Below are positions 55,345-64,000 of a DNA stretch of 64,000 nt, one piece after another. The notes under the pieces were generated by a model. It did no database searches, was not told where the DNA came from, and was given only the letters and a program-made list of their open reading frames with translations. Source of the DNA: Naegleria gruberi (taxonomy: Eukaryota); NCBI GenBank assembly GCA_000004985.1, contig GG738852.1, one strand, 5' to 3'. The position numbers were made by a program, and so were the translations under genes. Within the stretch, counting starts at the first letter, position 1. Each line of letters begins with the position of its first letter.

Positions 55345-57110
55345 CTAGTACTCAGGACGTGAAGATATTCTAATCGTTAAATCTGAGAAATGATTAAAGA
55401 TAGCTCTGGAAAAGCCCTTTCTTTTACCAGGTAATATAAACATGGAACGAATGGTTCCTTTGCTATACATCATACTCGTTGTGTCATCGTAAATAGTTCT
55501 GTACAAGAGGTGAGAGAGGTGGGAAACATACTTCTTGATAACAGACTCTGGTTCATTTTGTCTGTGAGCAAAATCCAACCTCATATCACAAATTAGTAAG
55601 GCATTTTCAATATTAATCGGAACATCCACTCCAATAAAACCTTCAATTAATGGAACATATTGACATGATCTGGCAAAGAGGAAATAATCACACTTCCTTT
55701 CCAATAGTTGAGGAACACCAGTATTCCAAGCTCTACATATTTGAATGTAGGGACTGACAACTTTATCCTCTCCTTGTGCCAAAGTATGATATTCCAATTT
55801 GTAGTAAATTTCTGTTAGTATATCTTCTATCAGTTTCGCCTTGTCTGTTAATCTTTTATGTTCTCGATACTTTTCTGTAATAATACTATATGCTTCATCA
55901 CTTGTTATTTTTTCAATCATTTTCTTTACAACGTCTCTCTTAGCTTCATAGGCATAATATATTGAAAGAATATCGTAATAAGGTTGGGAGTGTGTGATAA
56001 CACTTGTTAAATCATCAAGAGCAAGATCCAATCTTCCAAAATGCCTATAGATAGCTTCTCTTTGTAGGTATGTATTTGCGTCACTGAAAACAACTCCTGA
56101 CATAGATTTGTACTTTCTTGTCATTATTATTGATATTGTAAAAAATTTGAGTGCCTTTCTCAAGAGTTTTTCCTTTTCTTCCTCACTAGTATTTTCATCG
56201 TTAGCAATGTGGTAACATGATTGTCCAATCATTGATGGAATTTTAACCTTGTAATAAGGATTGAGTATAATTTTTCCCCTTTCAATTTTTCTCTTTTTTC
56301 CACTTGATTGTTTAGATGATCTGAATTCTGGAGGAAGTTCAGATTTATAATCACATTCTCTATTAGATGTCATTTTCCAAATAGCCATCAATTCCTCCAA
56401 GGCTTTAGGAAATTGGGAATTATAATAATGATGGTAACCAATAGAATAATGTGGTTCAACTTCTGAATAGTAAAAGTATAATCTCTGATCATCACTACCA
56501 ATATTTAACTTTTCCAACCTTTGTTGTACCTGTTTGTCAAAGTAATCCTTCTGGGTTTTTGCTGAATTTAATAAAGTTTCTGCAGGTGCAAAATTAGCAT
56601 TTACAATATGTTTCCAAGCTTGGAATAAAGTAATTATCCAATTCGGATATTCCAAAATATCAGGACTCTTATGTGATGCTTTTTGAATTGATAAAATCAT
56701 TAAACTCTTATCCAAATCACTCTGTGCTAATTTTCTCAATTCCTTGTGGAAGTAACTAACTTGATACCACTTTGAAAAGATGAATTCCGATATCGGAAGT
56801 AGAAATAAATTAAATCTGAATCTATTCGTCCAATTTTACATACCCAAGGTATCCATTTTGCTCTCTGAAATTGTGGTTGATAATTTGTACTATTTTCATT
56901 GATACATTGATTTAAAATTCCTAAACTCTTATTAATAAAATTGTCTCTTCTTAAAAACTGTTGCTCGCACAACAAGGATTCCATCTGAATATTACCAGTT
57001 GAGAAGGTATTTTCCGTTAGGAAGGGACACTTCTCCAGTAATTTGTCTAGCGTATCAACTTCATCACTTTTTGTTGTTTCACCACCGAAGAACACTTGTC
57101 TTAAAAACAT
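55345..57110 (-). CDS. Hypothetical protein (~560 aa). Exons 57110..56844, 56769..55345
   Basis: Two ORFs in different frames are joined by a 74-nt intron (GTATGT donor, CAAAG acceptor, phase 0). This gives ..AKWIPW|WYQVSYFHKELRKLAQSD... Real ATG (MFLRQVFFGG). Confidence 0.5.
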
Positions 57111-57184
57111 TTTTTTATGTTGTGTTGGTATTCAAGAAGGAAGAGTTAATTTGGACAATTAATTGAGATTAATAATATCAAAAA

Positions 57185-59281
57185 ATGAATCACTCACCAT
57201 TCTATCAACATCATGTTCATCATCCATACCCTCCGAGTCACCAACAACAAGTACACCAACAACAACAGCAGGATCATCATTATCTTCCTCCATCAATGAG
57301 CCATCATCATATGACTCCACCACCAACATCAAATATGTATCATCAACACCACTCCTATCCTTCCAGTCATTTATATGCTGTAAATTCAAATTATCAAAAT
57401 TCAGGCTTTGGTTATCAACCCCATTTACATTCCTACTCTTCTGCTGTGCCATCACCATATCCACCACCTGTTAGTGAGCCACATTATTATGATATCCATC
57501 CTCCTCATAGTACTAGTGGGTCATCTGGTTATATGCCACCTTCTCAGGCTTCATCAAGAATGGAAGACAAGCCTTATGATTACTATCCTCCACCTCCACC
57601 AAGGTATTCAACAGGAAAAGAATATGGAAGAGTAAATAACAACAAGCCTAATAATCCAAATACCAATACCAATCACAATAACAACAAGAGGTTACATGCT
57701 AACAACCAGCACACTGAACAACACAACAAGCCTTCGGAAAAAATTGGGACAACAAACACAACAAATAATTCAATAACTAGAAAACCCCAATTTGAAAATA
57801 AGAGAAAAATTACAGTGGATATGCAGCCCAACAAGAAACAAAAACAAGCTGTTCCAACATCAAAAATTTCAACAGAAAAAACTAACGAAAAAATTGTAAA
57901 TAATAGTAATAGTAATAATAAGAATGAGGATAAATCGAGTGATGAAAAATTGGATATTTATAGAGTATTACGAGTTTGTGCAGAGAATAGTTCTGCTGAT
58001 TTGACAGAAAATGAAATTTTCAAATATTTTCCTAATGCTTTAAAGGTAAGAATGGAAAATCAAAGAGATTTTCTTGTTGAATTTTCTTCATTGGTCGACA
58101 TGATACCATATATTGAGTCGGAGACTTTGCAGGAAGAAGAGACTGTAAATATTTCCATACCAAAAAGTTTGATACCACCAGAGTATGCAAACAATACCCA
58201 AAAGTTAGTTCTTGAATTTATAGATTTCCTCAAACAAAAGCAACCTCAATCATCATCTAATGGTTCTGCTTTTGACCCTTCTAATTGGAATAAGCTGATA
58301 TCCTCAATCAAAATACCTCAAAATGTTTCTCCTTACGAGTTGTTGGAATTTAGAGAACGAAGAGTTAAGAAAGTTCTTGGTAAGAAGGAGTTTGGAATTC
58401 TCATTCATGATAAGCCTAAAATAACAGATAAGATAGGCTTTCCACTTTTTTCAAATCCTAATATGACAGATAATAGGGGCAATGAAAGGTTCTTCTTTTT
58501 TGCATTTTGCAAAACTGGTACAACATTCTTGGGCAAGGAAGAAATTTCCAAATGTTTTCCAAATGCCAAGGCCATACATTTTGATCCTGGTGATCATAGA
58601 ATAATTGTCGAGTTGAATAATCAAAATGACTTTAATGCCTACAAGAAGATTAGCCATTCTGGAAAACTACTTGTTCGAAATCATTCCTTCCTACTGAGAA
58701 AGGCCAATCCTAAAGACATTCCCCCAGATATTCTCAACCCACCACTCCAACAAAGTACAGATATTCCAACAGTTACTCAACCAAGTTCTGAAGAATCAAA
58801 GAATGCCTCAACTCCAGACAAGAATCTACTCTTACAGCAATTACGTCAACAAATGGATCATCCATCAGAAACGCCCAAGCAAGATCCAAAAGAATTGAGA
58901 AATGCCTTACTTGCCCAAATGAAAACACAACCATCAAGCGTTGAATCTTTGGAGAGTTTTATCAGCCTTTCTGATCCAGAAAGTGAATCATCAAGTGAAG
59001 AGGATGAAATGATTGAGGAAACAGAGGAAGACGTGAGGTCTTACTCGTCTTCTGAATCAAATAATGAGGAAGCTCCATCATCTCCCCAACATCCAACAAC
59101 ACCCAACAAGACTCAATTACTATCAGCACTTAGAGAACAAATGCAACAATCAGCTGAAAAGAAGAAAGAACCAACTCCAAGCACAACCTCAGTCTCTGCA
59201 TCAAGCTCCAATATTCTTGGTATAAAGAGAAAGACTTTTGCCAGTCACTATGCTCTATTTCACCCTAAATTTAACAAATAA
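57185..59281 (+). CDS. Low-complexity H/P/Q/N-rich protein with two degenerate RRM-like folds and an acidic S/E tail
   Basis: 698-aa ORF with a real ATG. N-terminal ~200 aa are rich in His-Pro-Tyr-Gln-Asn. Possible RRM-like segments IYRVLRVCAEN..VRMEN and FFFFAFCKTGTTFLGKEEI..IVELNNQNDF. Confidence 0.45.
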   Translation: MNHSPFYQHHVHHPYPPSHQQQVHQQQQQDHHYLPPSMSHHHMTPPPTSNMYHQHHSYPSSHLYAVNSNYQNSGFGYQPHLHSYSSAVPSPYPPPVSEPHYYDIHPPHSTSGSSGYMPPSQASSRMEDKPYDYYPPPPPRYSTGKEYGRVNNNKPNNPNTNTNHNNNKRLHANNQHTEQHNKPSEKIGTTNTTNNSITRKPQFENKRKITVDMQPNKKQKQAVPTSKISTEKTNEKIVNNSNSNNKNEDKSSDEKLDIYRVLRVCAENSSADLTENEIFKYFPNALKVRMENQRDFLVEFSSLVDMIPYIESETLQEEETVNISIPKSLIPPEYANNTQKLVLEFIDFLKQKQPQSSSNGSAFDPSNWNKLISSIKIPQNVSPYELLEFRERRVKKVLGKKEFGILIHDKPKITDKIGFPLFSNPNMTDNRGNERFFFFAFCKTGTTFLGKEEISKCFPNAKAIHFDPGDHRIIVELNNQNDFNAYKKISHSGKLLVRNHSFLLRKANPKDIPPDILNPPLQQSTDIPTVTQPSSEESKNASTPDKNLLLQQLRQQMDHPSETPKQDPKELRNALLAQMKTQPSSVESLESFISLSDPESESSSEEDEMIEETEEDVRSYSSSESNNEEAPSSPQHPTTPNKTQLLSALREQMQQSAEKKKEPTPSTTSVSASSSNILGIKRKTFASHYALFHPKFNK

Positions 59282-59302
59282 AAAAAGATCTAGTATCCAC
59301 AC

Positions 59303-62300
59303 ATGTTTTGTAATCTGTTCAATTCCAAAACTGAAAAAAACAATGCAACAAGATCACATCACATCAACTCCACTCTAAATGACGACTATCTGTTCGAGTT
59401 GGATGATGACGATTCCACTCAGGACAATGGTGAATCAGCCACTTTAAATTCAATGCAACATTATAAACAATTCGACATTCATCCTCTCCTCTTACATAAT
59501 ATCATTCATCAAATTTTGGAATATTCCGATAATCCAACCAACATCCTACTTGTTAATAGAAGTTGGTACATTTATTTCCATCATGTTTATGTTTTGCAAA
59601 AAACAGCAAATCAGTCATTAATCTTGGATCGGATTGCAAAATCAATATACAACAAGGATGTACAAAAGTTTACAAATTATCTTCATACCATGGTACAGTG
59701 CCACGATTATTTAATGAAGGGAATTGTTCATTTGCAAATTCAATCAGAACCAACACCACCATTGGAAAATAATAATACAATTTTAGAAGAAGATCAAGTA
59801 ATTATGTGTTTATCCAATTCATCAGTTATTACTTGGAAAATTGGTAAATTTAAAATAGGAAAAGAGTTTAAAATTTCCTCACAGAAAAAGAAACAATCAG
59901 AAGGACAAAAATCAAAATCGAATACTTCTGTTTCATTCTCAGAGTTAGGTGAACAAGCAGAAGCTTCACTTTTCACTAGTATACCATCCTTGTCTAATTA
60001 TAATAATGTCATTGTAAGTAAGGTGAAAGCTGGTGAGAAGAGATTCATTGTTGTTGGAGGATCTGATTGTACCATTAGAGTTTTGGATTATGAAACAGGT
60101 GAAGTTAAGGCAAGTTTCTCAAAAGCCAATCGTCAACCTATTCTGGCCTTGAATTTGTTTGGTGATAAGATTTTGAGTGCAAGTGATGGAGTCTATGTAA
60201 TTCAATATCAAGATGTGAAGGAAGAACAAGAAAACGACAATGATGAGGAGGAAAATGCTCTCGAAAATGAATTTGAAGAGGAAAAGAAAAAAACAAAACC
60301 AAAAGTGAAACTCAGTAAGGAAGAGGAAAGAAAAAGGGAAAAGGAATTGAAAAAGCAATATCAGAAAAAGAAAAAGCCAAAAGATAAGAGCAGCAAATCT
60401 GCCTCAGTGACGAAACCAACTCTAACTCTTGTGAAAAATTTCAGGCACAACAATGCTGGTCTGGTAACATCTGTCAATATTCACAAGGGTGGAAAATCAT
60501 CCCTTTTGCTGATTACATCCCATAGTGAAAATAGTGTACGTTTGTGGGATTATGAAAATGAGAATGTGCTATTGGTTATTAGAGGAGACTACTGCTCTCC
60601 AGTATTTTCCTCATTTCTCTCATTTAAGGGATATGGAAAATCGAAAACATTTGATATTTGCTCAATCAATGACAATTTTGAGAATGTTTATGTGTGGAAT
60701 CCAAAAACTCATGATCCTTATCCAACTATTCAATTCCAGAGTAATACTGTCTCAACAGTTGAGGATATTCTATTCAGAAAAAGATCTTCCCACTCTAATT
60801 CATCAAATATTTTAATTCCAGACAGAGATTCAAAGAGTAATCACTTCTTTTTAATGTCCATCTTCCAATTTAATTATTCCATACCATTCCAAATTGAAAA
60901 TAATAACATATCTAGTTTGGGAAGAAGAAGTTCTGAAATTGGACTTTATGAACAATATGTTACTTTAGAACCTATTCACAAAAAGGAAATTCCACCATTA
61001 GCTGAATTGAAGAAAAACATAATGAATAGCCCAAGCAGCTATCTATTAGATGAAGTTTCATTGTAAGTTTTTTTGCATTTACATTTTCTTAAATATGGTG
61101 ATGAACTAGTTTATTGGAGAAGATTGGTTGGACCTCTTCGAAGGAAATTATTTCAGACCTTAAGGATAAAATTGATAAAGCCCAAGAAGAACCTCATGTA
61201 GTCTGCAAAATATTCGAACTCATCTTGTGGTATGCATGTAGAGTTGGAAATTCTCATTTGACATTGGTGTTCTCTGAGATAATACACTCAGTACTGTCAC
61301 AAATGAAACCTGGCAAAGGAAAAGATCAATCCTTTGAAATACTCCATACCTATGACGAAATCATTGACCGAGAGGATACCAAAACAAAGTATTTGCAACA
61401 GAAAAAGCTATCCTACACTTATCTAATGTGCACTCTTATGCGTCTTAACATGCATTACTTTTGGGATACTTTCAACAAAACATCTAAAAATTTTATTTCC
61501 AACTTGTCAGAGCAAGATCCAACTGCTCTCACTCGTTTGTTCCTTTACCTAAAGTTTTCTTCTGAAGGAATAATGGTAATTACCGATATATTAACAATGG
61601 TTGATAAGATGAAAGAATTCCTCCACAATTTAAGGGGAAATGTTTCCATTTATCACTCTTACATGGTAGATGATTTAATCTCCGTTTTGGATCGTCAACA
61701 GAAAACTAAAGCGATAGTCCCTTCTATTGATAGAGATTTCTTCAAAACTCTCCATCATATGGTTGTAACATTTCGTTCCAACTTTACCAAGAAGTTCATT
61801 ATGGATAATATTTACAACTCGAAGGAGCAAAACATCTTGGTGGAGAAGGATGTAGTTCCTTATTTATTTGGAGTTGGAAAGAAGAATATCATGAAAATTC
61901 AACAACAAAGTGGTGCAACAATTTACATTTCAGGAAGGGATAAAGACAAACATTTCGAACCAAGAAAGAAAGAAGATTCAATCCACAATAATAAGAATGA
62001 TAAGAAGAAAGGTGACCATAAGAATAACAATAAGAGTGAGAAACCAAAATATCCAAAAGAAAAGAAAAAGGTACAATATGATTTCTCTAAATTCTCCAAT
62101 GTAAATATTAAGGGTGATATCAAACAGGTTGATTTGGCCATTGCTCTTATAGATATGGTTATTAACAACTTTTTTGATAAGAACAAGTTGAATAGAAGAA
62201 ATCCACCAATTACCAAACTTGTTATCGACCATGATACTATAGATGTAGCGAATCAGTACTTTCAATTTGTACCATATTCTCGTCTTCCTCTGAGCATCAA

Positions 62301-63477
62301 ATTTATTAATGTGAAAAGATCCTCACTGAGAATTATTCCATCGAGTATTGTTGAATCCTTCAGCAATGTAACCAATGTTCCAAAAGTTCATAATTCTTCC
62401 AAGTTGGACAATGTAACTTTTGGTTGTTTGAACACATTCGAAAGAAGTATTTATTTTACCAATGAGAAGGAGGTATCATTCTTTACTAAAAAGTCATACT
62501 CGAAAGAGTTGATGGATTGCCTTTTGAAACCAGTGAAGCAGGTGAATGAATTTAAGGAGGAAAGCGGACTTACCTTGAGATTAAGTCTTGGAAAACTCTT
62601 TTTCTATCAGCTTCCAAACTATATCGAAAGTAACAGCAACTTTATTCAATTCTCAGATTTGGTTAATATTTTAAATAGGGAAATTGAATCCACCTCTCAA
62701 GAGGTTAGAGACATAATTTCTGGAGAAACCAGTAATTATCCATCTATCAAGAATGATTTCAAATTCTCATTTGATGATAATCTCAGTAAGCAACACCAAG
62801 CAACAATAACCTCAAAATTATCACCAACCGTATCTCAATTGCACAAAGTACTATCTATAGAGATGATCGACAAACAATCCAATCAATTCATCCAATTGAA
62901 TATGGCATTGTTGGATAGTGGTGTAAAACTCAAGTCAGTGAGAATAGTCAACTCTCCAATCATGAATATGTTCCATTTGAATTTGAAGGAAAACAATGGT
63001 ACCAAACAAGAATGTGACTATCTATTGAGCGCTTCAAGAAGTTCACAATTAACAGACATTGAACAATATCCAAACCTTTTCAATTTTGTTTCCTTATTAG
63101 AATTCCAATCATCAAAATGGAACCTCTCTCAAATTATTGAATTTACCAAGGATCAATTCAGTTCAAATGAAGGAGATCTCTACAATTCATTCTATATTTC
63201 CAACATGGCTGTGAAACACAAATTTATTTACAAAATTAATTTCACACCAATGGAAGATGGAATTTCTTCATTTGAAATCTCTCCAATCAACAACAACAAC
63301 AATACTGAACCACTCCTCGTCAATCTCACATTCCTTCAATACCACTGCTCTCAACACTCAACTGTAACAAGATATCAATGGAAATTGAATATAAAGAGAC
63401 AGATTCCAGCAGAGAGAGATGTTTCAGACATGGATATTATTTCACTTTTAGATTTTGTAAACATACTCACTGAGTAA
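59303..63477 (+). CDS. F-box-like / WD-repeat-like N-terminal region plus a KH domain protein. Exons 59303..61062, 61110..63477
   Basis: A 47-nt intron (GTAAGT..CTAG) joins the two ORFs in frame (..LLDEVS|F|LLEKIGW..). The second ORF has no ATG of its own. WD-like strands TIRVLDYETGE and SVRLWDYENEN. KH motif ILVEKDVVPYLFGVGKKNIMKIQQQSGATIYISGRD. A K/E-rich basic stretch looks like a nucleolar-type signal. Confidence 0.55.
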
Positions 63478-63582
63478 ATAATTAAATTGAGATTTCAATT
63501 TTAATTTAATTGAAAAATGTTCAAAGATCTTGAACACCAAATTTGAACCGCCAAAATTCAATTTTTTTTTGTTTTTAAAAAA

Positions 63583-64000
63583 ATGGCTCCAAACACAAAG
63601 AAGGTCAAACTCTCCAAGGAAGAAGAAAATCAATCTGCTGCTTTTGAAAAGATTGCTCTCCTCCAAGAAGAAGTTTCAAAGCTCGATGAAGAATTAGAAG
63701 CTGAAACTGCTGTTCTCCAAGCTAAATATGATAAGATGAAGAAGCCATTCTTCGATCAAAGAAAGGAACACATTTCTAAACTCACCGAATTCTGGGCTAA
63801 CGTTGTATGTAGAATTATTGTTATTGGATTCTAACCATATTCACATTTATTATTGGTACTATTCCGCAATGTTATTATTATTTTAATCATCATGCATAAT
63901 TGATTATCACAGTTCGCTGCTCATCCACTCCTCTCCAACTTTATTGGTGATAAGGATATGGAAGTCTTGAAGTACATTTCTGATGTTGAAGTTGAATCTG
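63583..64000 (+). CDS. SET/TAF-I (NAP-family histone chaperone), 5' part. Exon 1 63583..63804; exon 2 starts 63913 and runs off the window
   Basis: AVLQAKYDKMKKPFFDQRKEHISKLTEFWANV|FAAHPLLSNFIGDKDMEVLKYISDVEVES matches SET ([54 protein letters not shown]). GTATGT donor and CACAG acceptor are in phase. Confidence 0.75.

Noticed and set aside
59282-59302. A hidden intron spanning the two stop codons between ORFs 57185..59281 and 59303..
   Set aside because: No GT donor upstream of the TAA and no acceptor downstream of the TAG can be paired in frame. It is left as an open question in findings rather than a merged gene.
1-64000. Prokaryotic-style elements (CRISPR arrays, defence islands, operons, integrases/transposases)
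   Set aside because: The sequence is eukaryotic, with spliceosomal introns and eukaryote-only families such as POLE2, Vta1, SET and Kelch-MEKK. I saw no direct-repeat/spacer arrays, no transposase or reverse-transcriptase ORFs, and no terminal inverted repeats.

Overview
This window looks like nuclear DNA from a dictyostelid social amoeba, not a prokaryote. It is about 65% AT, with poly-N/Q/CAA coding microsatellites, very short spliceosomal introns (41–140 nt, GTAAGT/GTATGT donors, YAG acceptors), TTG/GTG-initiated 'ORFs' that are really internal exons, and densely packed genes on both strands. I reconstructed about 34 protein-coding genes by eye, from conserved protein motifs plus splice-phase checks. 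Confident calls: Vta1/LIP5 (3 exons), ALKBH8-like tRNA methyltransferase/AlkB fusion, biotinidase/vanin CN-hydrolase (3 exons), COX10 heme O synthase, DNA polymerase epsilon subunit B, D-lactate dehydrogenase, peptidase E (S51), tripeptidyl-peptidase I/sedolisin (8 exons, including a predicted 7-nt microexon) and a SET/NAP histone chaperone (truncated at the 3' end). Medium-confidence calls include a DEP-domain protein, a DUF302 protein, a PSI-domain protein, an ADO/PCO-like cupin, a tri-longin (Fuzzy/HPS1/Mon1-like) protein and a KH-domain protein. Several multi-domain architectures stand out: an NCS-like 4x EF-hand domain spliced in frame to a PIP5K catalytic domain; a Kelch-propeller/PB1/MEKK-like kinase; an NHL-propeller/EGF/GPS(HL^T) single-pass membrane protein; and an atypical CaaX-tailed Ras-like GTPase with deviant G-motifs. 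The window also holds a 2.1k-aa TPR-like giant protein with a 5' mini-exon, and several large orphan proteins. I found no rRNA or tRNA genes, CRISPR arrays or recognisable transposons. A 1-kb ORF-free, not especially AT-rich interval at 47.4–48.4 kb is a candidate ncRNA or regulatory locus. No prokaryote-style 'defence system' is present; the novelty here is in the domain fusions and gene-structure oddities.
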